Source: Geosiphon pyriformis uo1 (Eukaryota; Fungi; Glomeromycota). From it: a stretch of DNA of 64,000 nucleotides. A program made the translations under genes and the position numbers. This document shows, piece after piece, positions 1-13,091 of the stretch (within the stretch, counting starts at the first letter, position 1; every line of letters starts with the position of its first letter). Below the pieces are notes generated by a model. The model was not told the origin of the DNA. It saw only the letters and a program-made list of their open reading frames with translations, and searched no databases. Where the stretch lies: contig JAAOMT010000786.1 of assembly GCA_016748015.1 (NCBI GenBank), forward strand, positions 1 through 64,000, given 5' to 3'.

Positions 1-2630
1 CTTTCAAAATTCCTTGAAGGATCATTGCTGACAGGTGAGGTAGAACGAGGTAAAGGACTATCGGATCTCCAAAGAGACTTGGCAGCAACGGAATTTCCGT
101 CGTCAATAAGTTCTTCACCATTTAATTCTTCATCGCGTTTTCCGAAAAGACCGGCCCAATACTTGAGCTTCTTCCAATCAGATTCAGGAAAGAGTACTCC
201 CTGGTCTCCCATTTCTTCTTTGTCTTTTTTCCCTTCATCGTATAAGGGATTTAAAAAATTCTTCCGGTTGGAATTAATGTAATCCCAGATCGAATATGTT
301 AGAGTCGCTACTTTGTAGTCATTTCTTTCTTTTTCAGAATTAAAAAGGAATGTCCCATACTGACAGGAGTAAAGGTGATAATGGAGCTGGATCAGGAGAT
401 TTTCGTTAAATTCGAATCTTTCAGGATGTTGTGCGAAAATTTGGTAGACACAATCGAGAAACTGATGAAACACTGGAGAAGTTTCTCTCACGTGAGATTG
501 CTTATACAGCTTATTTTGCATAGAATTAAAAGCGTTATTAGCTGCGTTAGCACTGGATGTGATAAAGTATCTTTCATTTGAAAGGTGCCCTGATCTATCG
601 CTGAACTTGTGACCAAACGAGATCCAATCCTTCTCGATTAAAATTTGAAATCCCCGTAATGTACGATAATAAGGATCCAAGCATAATTCTGATATGGAAG
701 TGAGTTGAGCAGTGCGATCCCAACCATCTGAGCAATGCACGAGAACATGAGAATTGTTGACATGAATATTTTTAATGATGAGGAGTGATGATTCCAGAAG
801 GCTACTGATGTATCTTAACCAGCTGGACTTATGTAAATGATATTTTTTCACGGGTATCCCTTGTGCATCCGCTGTTTGAATAACTGTTAAGACAGGACAA
901 ATTAAATCAAAATATTGTAAGGATGAAATCAATTGATTGGTTTATTATTTACAACTTGTAATTCCGCCTCGGCCAGGCCTTTGTACTGACCTTCTACTAA
1001 TCTCCCCAAACTCTCCCTCATTACATGAATATTTTCAATTCCCATATATTGTTTTGAGCAATTTTTGTAATGGTCCATATTCTCCGTTCCTGCTCCTATA
1101 GCCACGTTAGCCATAGCATTAGCAGTGGGTCTAGCGTCTACAATCAAATTTGTGGCAGTAGATCCATATACAAGCTGTCCTGTGGGTGTAGGAGGAAGAG
1201 CATTCGATTGAAAAATGGCTTCTATGAGTTTTTCGTCCTGAATGGACCGATTTTGTTTCAAGCCAACCATAGGCTGACTCGAGCGCGTTATTGAAGCCTG
1301 ATATTAAATTTATCAATTTAGGAAATACTATATTTAGACAAAGGAAATGATAACCATTAAATTTTTGTATGTATACCATATTGGACCAATGCAGATAGCT
1401 CAAAGTAGGTATTCGACATTTACTTCGAAATTTGCAGGCATGTGTTAAAACATTATCGCTTATTTTTTGAGGAACTACCAAGGTTCTTGGGTAGGTTGAG
1501 CAGAACTAGGTTTCAAAACAAGAGGTTATTATAATTTAAGAGCAATTATCAAAAAAATTGATATCAATTATTTCGTACACTATAGCTCCGATTAACCGTG
1601 GAGAATCTCCAAGCACGAGTCGTGCTTCCAACCCCCATCCGATCGAATTCTTTTTCGGGATCATAAATGCTCCAGCCATCACTGGAACCAAGTGATTGAG
1701 GTTTATAAAAGAAAGCGTAAAGTTGTTCTATAGAGCCTTCTCCGAAAATATAGGTGACAAAAAAAAGTAAATAGAGAAATAGCGCATAATCTGGCCAACT
1801 GCACATATTTTAGGAAGTTATGATAAAAAAATCGACTGACTCATAAAACGTACTGATGCATGTCAATTTTTGTATGCTTTCGAATACGTCAATTGCTTCT
1901 CTTTCATTTGGTACGGATAGGGTAACAAACAAGAAATCCCGGCAGCGAATGATCAAGGGCCAGAGGCCATTGGACGCTTGAGGACGACGCTCAACAGTGT
2001 GAATTATTGGATACGATATCTACACATGCGGACAAGAATTCCATAATTTTAATGAAAATTTTACATAGCCCAATGTGAGAAATTCCAGAATTATGATAGG
2101 ATCAATAAGGCAATGATTTCTGAAATATGATTACTATGAAAATTAGACCATAAAAAAATATTTTTATAAGACGAAGATTGAATAATAAAGTAGCAATCCA
2201 AGAATAAGGAGTTATAATAAGAGGTCTAAAATAATGGTCGAGGTTTTAAAAATCTCAGTTTAAAAGTGTATGATAAGAAAAATAATGTATCAAAAGTGGT
2301 AATGACGAATTCACCGTTACTAGCAAAGTAAAAAAGCCAAAAATTCATAATAAAGTGTTCCTTAATTACGTTTAATTAAAAGTAAATAACAAGTTACCTA
2401 CCCATAATTCTTCTTGTGGGTGACGAAAAATTAATTGGTGAGTTGTGAGGTGTAAAGTACCAACTCTGGTCGACTGTCGTTTTTCCAACTGCACATCCTC
2501 GACCTGTCATAGGTTGTTCGTTTTGGTTAAAATTTCAAATTTCATTCAAGTAGTCTGTTGAAATCATTTCCCATCATCGAATCTACCAGTACTGAATTGG
2601 TTAAACCTTGGTAATTTTGAGGTAATCCAT
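1..2630 (-). CDS. YMR1: Myotubularin-family phosphatidylinositol-3-phosphatase (Ymr1/MTMR-like), 7 exons, 3' end outside window
   Basis: Hand-spliced GT-AG exons (minus): 2630-2607, 2503-2402, 2019-1854, 1736-1579, 1505-1377, 1297-991, 883-<1. Product MDYLKITKVEDVQLEK...GTLHLTTHQLIF (PH-GRAM-like), FCSTYP, RSSQPMVG, IVDARP..NA.AN, and the catalytic CX5R motif VHCSDGWDRTAQL at ~700-740. Confidence 0.93.
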
Positions 2631-3499
2631 GTCAGAAGGTTTTTGCTTTGCATGAAGCGACCTCTTATAAAACAATCCTGCCAGTTTGAAACCTCGGTCT
2701 TTTAAACGACTTTGGTAAATGTTTAGTTTGAGCTTCGAGTTCGCAAATTTAAAGTATGTAAAATCCAACAGTGTCAACAATTAATATTTGTCCACGTGCT
2801 CCTGACTCTGGTTAACCAGTTAATAAATAAGAGTTTGGTTGATTTCTTTGTTTAACTGAATAGGTTAAAAGTTGGATGATCAATGATTTAATGTAAATAC
2901 CCACTGTATGTATTAAAGAACACGTAATTGCCAAACTTTGGATCTTGCACTTTGCCATACATCACAAAGAGCTAATGTTTACAATAAATCTAAGTTAATT
3001 GAACAACCCATTTAAACATTCCTTCAAGTATGGCGAACCTTTGTTTTTTTTGGAATCAAAAGTATAAACTAATTAATTTCACTAATTAAATTTTTTTGTT
3101 ATTTTATTTTACAAAAAAAAATATTTCCAAATAAAAAAAAATAAAAATGTGAATATAAATCATCAAATACACATGCATGAAAAATACTTAACATTTTAAA
3201 AATGATTTTATATTGATTTTACTCATAAAATTTAAAAAACACAAAAAACATAATTTTGTTAATTATGCATACAAAATATTTTGATTTTTATAATAAATTT
3301 TAATATACAATTAAGATAATTTTATAAAATTGCAATTAACTTTAAAATATTTAATTATAAATAAATATTTTATTATATAAATAAAAAAATAAAAAACTTC
3401 TTTCTCTCTTACCTTCACAAAAGTGCATTTTCTGAAAAAGAAGTTTTTTGTTTTTTTAGTCTATATCAATATTTCTTTACCTAATAGTAACCCATTTTT

Positions 3500-5381
3500 C
3501 GTGGATATAGAGACTACTGTTAGTAGCACTGCACCTAAGAAGAAGGCTCCTAAGAGTGCTTTTCACAGTCCTGCTGGTAGCTCTTTTTTTCAGAAGAAAA
3601 AAGTTGTTCTTGGTAATGTAAAACATTCTGGTGATCAAAGGGATATATTCTTGAGCAAATCTGAATTTAGTGGCAGTATTTATTCTGATGTGGAGAGTTT
3701 ATCTAGTAAGGATAAGAATGTTAGCATGTCTGGAATAAATGGTGGGTCTCTTTTAGGTTCAGCTGCTACTACACCCAAGGCAAAGCGAATCAACACTGGT
3801 GCTGGTTTTGGTTCTCCACTTGGCTCTCCTAATTTTCATATGAATGATAATGAAGTTGTGCTCTTTCCTCGCTTGCCTATTTCTTTAGAAAAAAAATGGA
3901 TTGATCCTAAAATTATCAAGACTCCTGTAAAAGTGTCAATTAAAAAGTCATTTGCTTTGGATATTAATCTCTTAGTTATGGAGAGTAAATTGGCAATGGC
4001 AAAAATTCAGTTAATTAGAAATTTTTTTTTCAACAGTCAATGGTTTTGGGGGGCCACTATCTCCTCAAAATTTGAAGGGATTATCTGATTAACATTTACA
4101 TCAGAAAAAAGCATGGAGATGACCACATCATTGGTCAAGGAAAAGGTGATCGACATAAACAGCAATCTTAAAAAACAAAGAATAAGGTCAGATCGGGCTG
4201 TGGTAATCAAGAAAATTCCCATAGACATGTCTAAAAACATGATCATTACTGCAGTTGCCAAGTTTGGAGAAATTAAGTCAATCAAAATTCAGTTAATTGA
4301 CATATGACAGAAAGCTGTAGTGAAGTTTGCTGAATCAAGTCAGACCAATCAATTGGCCTCAAAATGATCATTCCTAATCAGGAAAGATTCAGTGCATGTA
4401 GCCAAAGCTGTGAGTGATCATGACACCTGGATATTTAGAAATTGGTTTAGGGCACTGTTGTTTACTTTGCCAGTAGGAACAACTGTGCATGATCTTAGTA
4501 CTCTTTTGGATAAGGCTAATAAGAAAACTTGCACTATTAATCAATCATTAACGATTGGCAATAGGGTCTATTATACAGTAGTTGGTTTTGAGTCTGAAGT
4601 GGATTTGGAATCTGCCTTTTGTACTGTGCCTGTTTTTGGCAGTGTGCAACTTTTATGGGCTAGATTAGATTTGATTTGGTGTAAAAAGTGTGGGAGATTT
4701 GGTCATTCAGCCTTAAAGTGTGATGCTTTTGATGTTGCTGTTCCTGCACCTGCTGTTCTCTTTAAAAGAAATGCTTCTGGTATTGATTGTCTTCAATTAG
4801 CCAAGTTGTATGTGAAGAAAAATATTTCTATCTTTTGCTTTATTGCTTTTGGTGGCAAATTGTGGGCCCAAGTAGTCTCTCTTGCTTTCTTTTCTGGTAG
4901 CTCTTCTTCTGGCTCTGGTTATGGTTTAGGCTTCTCTTTGTCTGGTGCTTTGGGATTGGGTGGTGGTGCTCTCTCTTTTTCATTTGATGAGTCTCTCTTA
5001 ATTGCTTGTTTGGTGTCTTTGAAGTGCTCTCTTAAACTTTTGGCTAACCAGGTTTTTGGTATTCTTAGGAAATTGAGTTTTGTTGAATTGGTGCCCATGG
5101 TACCATTTTTTGGTGCTCTTTCTCTGATAGGCTTTGTGCTGATAGCTCCTGTTTTGAATTCAGATATGGTTTTGGATAGTGTGTTGGCTTCGTTCCTTTC
5201 CCCTCCCTTGAGTATTAAGTTTGGTGCTGGTTTCAATTCAAGTAGTTCAAAGATTCTAACCACCAAAATAGGTGGTTTAGAGTCTAAAATGTTAGCTATG
5301 AAGGCTTCAGTCAGTTCTGTTTTGGCAAAATTAAATCTTTTGTGTTCTGGTTTGGATCCCTCTCTATCTCATTCATCCTAA
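3500..5381 (+). pseudogene. LINE ORF1 (RRM-like domain plus CCHC zinc knuckle)
   Basis: VVIKKIP...AVAKFGEIKSIKIQL (RRM-like) and CKKCGRFGHSALKC (CX2CX4HX4C). Several TGA stops at Trp/Arg positions. Start approximate. Confidence 0.8.
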
Positions 5382-8300
5382 TGAGCAGTCTGATTTGGAA
5401 GTTTGCTACATGTAATGTTCATGGAATCAATGTCCCTGCCAAGCAGGAGAATATTGTGCATTGGCATCAAGATTCTGGCAATTTGGTTTTATTCATCATG
5501 GAAATGAAGTTGAGGTCTTCTACTAGGCCATAGATTGCGAATAAGTTTAATGGAGTGCAAATTTTTTCTTTAGGATTGGATAAAAGTTTCATTGATGCTG
5601 GTATTGCTATAATTATAGACAATTCTTTGGCTCATCATGTTTCTAAAATGGAGAAGGTTCCTGGTAAGGTTGTTTCTGTTCGGCTTTTATTCAGAGGCAA
5701 GCTCTTGGTTACTTTTTTGGGATTATATGTTAATGCCTCTTCTGGGGCTAGATTTGGTTAAACTTTTAAGGTTAACTCTTTTATTGCAAAAACTGTCAAC
5801 TCCAGCACTCATGTTGTCTTGGGTGAGGACTTTAATGAGAATGGATCTGGTAGGAGTGTAAGTTTCAAGTTTTGTTTGGGTTTGGGTTTGGTTAATTCAT
5901 TTAGTAGTTATTATTCAGCTGGTTCTCATACGTGGAGCAACTCAAGAGGAGTTGTGAAAACAATTGATTATATTTTTGTGAGTGGCAACTTGTTTTCTGC
6001 TGTTGTTGGTCATTAGACAGTCTCTGTTTCAGATTTCTTTAACACTGATTACAGGACAGTTATGGTGTTAATTGGTTTGGATGGGCTTTTGAATGTTCAA
6101 TTGAATAGTTTGCACAAACAGGTGAATAAGGATTGTTGGAAATTCAAGTTCAAAGATGCTGATAGTATTAAATGGGCTAAGTTTAGGGATCTCTTCTCAG
6201 CAAAACTTCTGTTATTGGGTGATATGTTCTTTAGTGCTGAAGTGTGTGGTAATGTGGATGCTATGTGGGCAATGTTACAAAAGACTGTGTTAGGATTTGC
6301 TGATGAAATGTTTTCAAGACATTGGTTCAGCAAATTTAGGCATCCGAAAAACAGACATTCTTCCAAGTTTTTTGGTTTGGAACTGTTGGTGGCCAAGATT
6401 GTTAAGAAATTTTGCTCTGATGGCTTGTCTAATGTTGATCTTCTTGTGAGTAAATGGTTAACTTTGAATAATGTCAAGGCTCATGCTTTTAGGGACTTGG
6501 TCAGCTCAGGTGTCAAATCTGATGTTATTGTTAAGCATTTGTCATTGGTCCGCAAAAATTACAGGAGGGTAAAGATGTTTGAGTCGAGATTCTCTGAAGA
6601 ATCTCTATTAAAAAGACAATTGATAAGCGCATGAAAAATTTCTGTTCTGACAAAAGTAGTATGATCAGAAGTGTGTTGGATAGACCCTTTTACAAGGTAG
6701 TATTGGATCATCTGGTGGTTAATGACAAATTGGTTTTGGAGCCTGAAGAGGTAAAAGTGAATGTGGACAAAATAATGGAAGGGTAGACAAGAAAATGATC
6801 AGTGCATGTGGTGATCCCTGATCTTTGGGCTTAGCAGTATGCACCATTAAGCTATGTTTGAAACAATGTCTTTTTTGGTATTATATGTGAAGTTAGCATG
6901 AGTGAGTTACTTTCTGTCATTAGTAGTCTGCCTAATGGCAAAGCTGCTGATTTGTCTGGTATTCCGAATAAGTTGTGGAAACAAGGTAATGAAGTGGTTT
7001 TGAGGTGCTTGTTAGCACTATTTAATGTGTGTTTAACTGCTGATATGGTGCTTGTTTTGTGGAAAAGGGCGTGGGTTTCAATGATCCTTAAGCCTTATAA
7101 CTGAGATGGGGTTCTTACAAACACTTGGCCCATTGCTTTGATTGAAACTGCCAGGAAAATTCTGTCTAAGGTTCTGTCTGATCGTATTTTGGTGGCTTGC
7201 AGCAAGTTCAACATTCTTCAGGGTGACAATTTTTTGGTGTTGAAGAGTATGTCTACACAATCTCTGATGTTTACTGTTGGCTCAATAGTTAAAGATGTTC
7301 TTGAAAAAAATCGAGAGGTTTGGTTGGTTTTGCAGGATATGTAGAAGACTTACAATTCAGTGGGATAACACCATTTGAGAGCTAGCTTGTGGTGTATTAA
7401 GATGTGTAAGAAGTTCATAAAGTTTTTTGGTGGTATTCACGAGAATAGGGTTAACAGGATAATAACTGACTTTGGTTTATCTGGTGGTTACAAAGTATAT
7501 GATAGACTATATCAGGGTGAGGTTTTTTCACCTTTCCTGTAGAGGATCTTTTATGATCTGCTTTTATATGAGGTTAAAAGACACGAACAATTATGTGAAT
7601 ACCGAATTGATACTAAGTTTGTTTTGAAAACTGGCAGGATCGAAGATGGTGGTAGTTTGACTTTGTACTTTTTGGCTGGCCCATTTGTTGATGATACAAT
7701 CTGAGTTGAAAATTGTCAGGCTTCTACTCAATATGCATTGAATATTGCCAGTAAGTTTTTTATAATCAATGATATTTCTATTAACAGTGAAAAAACAGTG
7801 GCTATTTCTATAAATCAGAGTGTTAAGATTGCTAAGCTGAGTATTTGTGGTCAGCCAATTTTAATTGCTAAGAAGAGTGAGACTCATTACTATCTGGGTA
7901 TTTTTTTGTCTACTGAAGAGCTGTCCAAGCTGAGTGTTGCCAGAGCTTATGTGAATGTGCATTTCTTTGTTAATGTTGTACTTAAAAAGGCGATTACGGA
8001 CAAACAGTACTCATATTTGGTGTTGGCTGTCCTACAGTCTATTGTCAGCTATCATATTCAGTTCAGTTTTGTCTCTTCTAATGTTTGTCACAAGTGGGAT
8101 GCCTTAGTTAGGAAGAGTCTCAGGTCTAAAACTTGTCTTTTTCATGACTTTCCTGATGCTGCTTTGCATTATTCATTATTGTATGGCCTAAAACCTTTTG
8201 AACAGATGCAATCCGAAGGAAAAGTGATTGTTTTAATAATATTCTCCAATGCTTCTGGTGTTCTTAGGCATTTGTTTAGTCATAGATTTTTGGATTTGCA

Positions 8301-10071
8301 GGTTCTTGGTTGAGCTCTTTTGGATTCCCTGCAGTTTTTTATCAGATTGCATGTTAGTTCAGTGAACAATTTTTTGGCTGGGTTGGTAAAGATCTTTTTG
8401 GACAATGGGCTATCTCTGGTCAACAATCTCCCCACTGCGTTTTGTAGTTCTGATTACTTTTCTATGTCTGCTATTCTTAGGAAGTCTCTGTATTTTGATT
8501 TGGTCATCTCTCTTAGGCACTTTGGCATCGCTTTTGGTGATCAGCTTTTTAATAAAAAAAGTGGTCTGATGGATTAAAAAACATTTCGCTGTTGGAAGAA
8601 ATTGGATTTGCATGGTTCTGTGTCTCATTGGTTTACAGTTTCTTCTGAGTTTTTGAGAAGTAAGGGTTTCTCATCTTCTGGTTTAGCTGACCCTGTTGAG
8701 CTGTTTGGATCAGACATTTTGGGATCTGAGAAATTCTCTGCTGTGAAGGATGAATTGCATAACATGTGATCCAGTTTTTTTGAGGTTTTTATGAATGGAT
8801 CTTTGAAGAATTTTGGTTTCACTGAGGTTGCCAGTAGTGCTGCTACTTACTTTCTGGTCTTGGATCTGAGTGTTGGTGTTGCTGTCTGGGGTCTTTTGTT
8901 GTTTACTATGGCTGAATTACAGGCTGTTGTTTTGTTTTTGGAGTGTATTCCTTCTTTGTGCACTGTGGTATTGCATCTTGACAGCCAGGCTGCTATTGAT
9001 GCTTATGTGTCTAAGATGTTTTTAGCTGTCTCCAATTTTTGTAATCAATGCTGGATAGAAAGGCGTCATATTTTCAATTTGGTTAGGGATAAAAATTTTA
9101 ATGTGAATTGGGTTAAGGTGAAGGACTATTCTGGAGTTCCTGAGAATATGAAAGCTAACTTGGCTGCTGGAGCTGCCTCTGGATCTCTTTTTTCCCTATC
9201 GGTGGGAGTGTATAAACACTTTCTAATTGCTGAGGGTACTCTTGTCTCCAGTAATGCCCGTTATTTTGTCAGGGATATTTTTCATTCTGTTTGTCATGCT
9301 CATTGGGAAGCTGGTCCTGGTTTCAATGTAGTTCTGGAGATGATGATTGTTTGCATAAACTGGGTTGTCACTGTGATGGTGTGACATCCTGATTCTCATA
9401 TGCTTACTGGTTTCACTAGTCATAAGTTCTTAGCACTTCAAACTTATCTTATAAAAGCTGTTCACAGGAGATTACCAGTGGCAGTCAGAAAGAAGTTGTA
9501 TAACAGGCATTACCCTGGTGTGTTGTGTTTGTTGTGTGGTAGTGTGGAGTTCTCTGACCATTCTTTTACTTGCACTCATGAGTCTGGCATTCATGAAGAA
9601 ATCTTGGCTAAGACTTTTGCTCATTAGTCTGTTTTGGCTGGTGTTTCTAGGTCTTCTGCTTCCGCTGTGTTACAGGTTTTATTTTAATGTTCTGTTGACA
9701 TTGGGCTGTATGTTTTGATTTGTAAAGGGTTTGTGTTGAATGAGTGGTATAAGGAGACATGTAGTGTTTTTGATGATAAAAAAGTAGCTGTTGCTTGGAT
9801 AACTGACTTTGTGAAGTTTGTTGTGGAATTACATCATGTTAAAGTGTGGTTGGTGAGGTTTATCCACCAGGTAAAGATGGAGAAGGGTGGTTTGGTTCAT
9901 GATGGCAGTGTTATTTCTGAGCTTGCTCATGGGGTGTCTTTGGTTTTGTTTAATAGTGTTGTTAGATTGCTTGATCTGGCTGAGTCTTTTGCTGTTTGTT
10001 TTGGTTGTTGGAGGCTGTATAGTTTTTTTTCTGACCTGAATGGTAATGTGTTAGTTAATATAGATGTGTAG
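5381..10071 (+). pseudogene. LINE ORF2 (APE endonuclease, reverse transcriptase, RNase H, C-terminal Zn finger)
   Basis: TCNVHG, GEDFN, HTWSN, IDYIF (APE); PIALIETARK, QGEVFSP, FVDD at ~7684 (RT); AELQA, LDSQAAI, WVKVK.YSG (RNase H); CLLCGSVEFSDHSFTC. Many in-frame stops. Confidence 0.9.
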
Positions 10072-10534
10072 TGTTGCTTTGTCTGGCCTGAGTGACTAGC
10101 CACATATAGGAAGTACGTAAGTTATGTTTAGTGTAAGCCTCTTAGTTTGGCTCTATGTACTAAATAGTAATTGGACTTCACTTGTTAAATACGTAATAAT
10201 ATATAAATTATTAATTGTTTTAATATATTAAATTTTTGTTTATTTGAGTGTTAAATTAAAGTAATGTAAATTTTATTATATTTATTAATGGTATTTAAAA
10301 TTTAAAACAGCTTTTTATAAATTTTAAACATAAAAAAAAACTTAATACTTAATATATATATTTTTTTATGTTTTTTGATTTTTTAAACTAATGTTATATA
10401 TATTTTTAAATTAAATATTTATGTTATAAAAATTAATATTATGTACAAAAAAATTCAATAATAAGTTTTATTTGATTTTTAGTATTAATTTTAAAAAATT
10501 TTTAAATATATATATTAAAATTATTATAATTTAA

Positions 10535-12223
10535 TAAAAAAACTTTTTTCTTTCCTTTGTTCCAAATTCCCAAAAAAGAGTCATAAGTTTTTTTAAAAGA
10601 AGTTTTTTACTATTTAGTATGATAAATTTAAACCATTTTTGCTTGATTACAAAATTACTATTGGCTTTAGTATTGCTGTTATAAAAAAAGCTCTGAAAAA
10701 TTCTGGTTTTAGTGTTAATATCAAGTCTATTGTGTCTAAAAAAAAGAGAAAAGGTGGTGTTTTAGAAGATGATATTAGTAATAAAGAGAGTCCTACTAAG
10801 GAATTGAGTAGTCATTTATGAGATTCTGAGACTGGTGACACTACTGAATCCGATAGTGTTAATATAGAAGAAGAGTGCATAATTAAAAAAACCAGCTTTG
10901 ACTATAGTAAAGATAGTGCTTTCACTGAAGAAGATTCAGATCAAATATCTAAAAATTCAAGAGTACAAACCAAAAGAGCATTAAATAAACTACTAGGAAA
11001 AATTAATTTTTGAGTAATGATAATAATAATATTCTGTTGAATGCTTTCCTAATACTTCTCTCTCCTTTGAAAAACTTGGTTAATATTTTTGTTAGAAAAT
11101 TATTTGCTTTGAATATTGGCTTAGATAAGATGATTAAGAAATTTTCTTAGAAAAAGCTAATAGTAATTAGAAAATTATTTTCAAAAATCAATGGTTTTGA
11201 AGAAGCTTCTACTCCCTCAAAATTTGCTAAGATTATTTGAATGATATTTACTTCTAAATCAAACTTAGTTTAAGTATCTGATATGGCAAAAAATATGAAA
11301 ATTACAGTAAACACCAATCTTAAGAAATCTGTTGGTCATTCAGATTGGGCTGTGGTGATGAAAAAAATTCCAGTTGAAATATTGGCTGAGACTATATGTA
11401 TTGCACTGTCTGAGTTTGGAATAATTAAGTTAATCAAGATATAATTGGTGAGATTTTAACAGAAAGCTGTGATTAAGTTTGAACATTCAGATCATGCTAA
11501 TTTGGTTATAACCAAATAGTTTATTTTAATCAGAAAAAATATTGTGCATGTTGTTAAAACAGATTCAGACAAAAAATCATAGAATGTTAGAGATTACTAT
11601 AAGATGCTATTCTATATACTGTTTATAAGTACAAATGCTCATAACATCTGAGACTTTATTAGATTTGTAAATGAAAAAACATGTATCATTGATCATTATT
11701 TAACTACATATGTCTGAGCCAAATGTGTTACCATTTGTTTTAATTCTATTAACTCTTTAGATACTGCCATAAAAACCACATCTGTGTTAAAGAATGTCAA
11801 CTTGTATTGGTCTCATCTGGATTCAGCCAAGTATATCAAATATAAGAAGATTGGTCATATATCATTGGACTGTGCCCTTGGTAAAAAAAATCTTCTAGTG
11901 ATCTATCTTATAAGATATTATCTGAAGAAAATAAAAGTAAGCTGGTATCTATTTATGCCAAACATTTGGTACTAATTGCTTATTCTGTTTCTTTTAGTGG
12001 TGTCTTTTGGACAAAAGTAGTTGGTAGGTCTTTTTTTCCTTTTTTCTTTGTACATAATGGCTCTTTAAGCTTTGGTTCCTCTTCAGAGGTGAAGTCTGTC
12101 ATACTGGTATTTATGAATTTAAATGATAGATTTGCTGCTCTTGAATACAGTTTTTCCAGCCTTATAGAGTATATTGACAAACTGGCTAAGAGGTTGAATG
12201 CACTTGAGCCAATAGTTTCCCAA
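10535..12223 (+). mobile_element. LINE copy 2, segment 1 (5' end and most of ORF1)
   Basis: Homologous to copy 1 ORF1 but more degraded. Cut at ...IVSQ by the 5' LTR of element A. Confidence 0.8.
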
Positions 12224-13029
12224 TGTTACTTATAGAACATGGGAAGTATATTAGCATATAAATTAGCCAATCAGAAGTAGCTATAGTAAATGTGGAATTT
12301 CAGGATTCCTCTTAAGAGAAATTGCAGGATTCCAGGAATTTCAGAATTTTTGTATAAGGAATTGCAGGATTCCAGAATTTCAGGATTCCTGGTGTGAAAA
12401 ATTGAGGAATTGAGGAATCTCAATTATGTATATATAGCAGTAGTGCTAGAAGTAGAAAAAAAATCTTTTAGTTAGAGATTTCTAAGTTTAGATTTGATCT
12501 AAAACAACTTTTTATTCTCAAATATCAATAAATAATTATTCACTATCTCAATCCACTCTTCACTATCAACACTTTATGTTGATAGTAATTGATACTTAAT
12601 CATACTAGAACAATAGCTCTTAATCATGGCTATTGATGGAATACTAATTTGCAATTGCTTTTGTTTATTTCTTTATCTTCTTTTATTTTTTTTATTTCTT
12701 TTGTTATTTCTTTGGTTTTACTGAATTGATTAAGAATTAAGCACTGAGATACAGATGTCATAGAGACTGGTAAAAAACCCATAAAACAAAGATAGAACAC
12801 TTATAGATTTGAGAATAGTTTATCAGGAAAATTACAGGCCACCATGCTGAGAAAAAAATTTGACAGAATTGTGATTCCGGAAGGCTACTGAAAACAACTA
12901 TTAAATCTCTGTCCATTATACAAAGAACTCCATCAACAAAACCTTCAGATATCAACACCAGAATACCAACCAAGCACCAAATTACAGATTTGTTATTTGT
13001 TTTGAGACTCCAAATAATCATCTGTAACA
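12224..13029 (+). repeat. 5' LTR of element A
   Basis: TGTTAC start, GTAACA end, TATA-like TATATATAG, AATAAA, followed by TTTGGTGCTC (PBS). Near-identical to 44220-45028. Confidence 0.92.
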
Positions 13030-13031
13030 TT

Positions 13032-13048
13032 TGGTGCTCTCTGTGAAG
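13032..13048 (+). other. Primer-binding site (elongator tRNA-Met-like); same type at 18696, 59876 and 55566-55581 (minus)
   Basis: TGGTGCTC(C/T)CTGTGA 2 nt after the LTR; complementary to a ...CUCACAGGGAGCACCA tRNA 3' end. Confidence 0.65.
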
Positions 13049-13091
13049 TATAATCCTACAGAAAACCAGCACTAACAACAATCATCTAAAA

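Larger units (their letters stand above)
3390..10200 (+). mobile_element. Full-length degenerate non-LTR retrotransposon (LINE copy 1) with ORF1 and EN-RT-RNaseH ORF2
   Basis: Collinear ORF fragments: RRM-like and CCHC ORF1, APE endonuclease, RT, RNase H, C-terminal Zn motif. Outer ends are approximate because they lie in AT-rich flanks. Confidence 0.9.

Noticed and set aside
25-1294. Plus-strand ORFs at 25-282, 375-581 and 1070-1294
   Set aside because: Antisense shadows of the myotubularin exons.
2793-2798. CACGTG E-box upstream of the myotubularin gene
   Set aside because: A single hexamer with no comparative support.
3423-10071. Alternative genetic code with TGA/TAG read as sense
   Set aside because: Stops differ between homologous copies and match C>T/G>A damage; the host gene reads normally in the standard code.
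12294-12420. Heat-shock element array in the LTRs of A/D
   Set aside because: GAA/TTC spacing mostly does not fit contiguous nGAAn inverted units; kept only as an unassigned repeat module.
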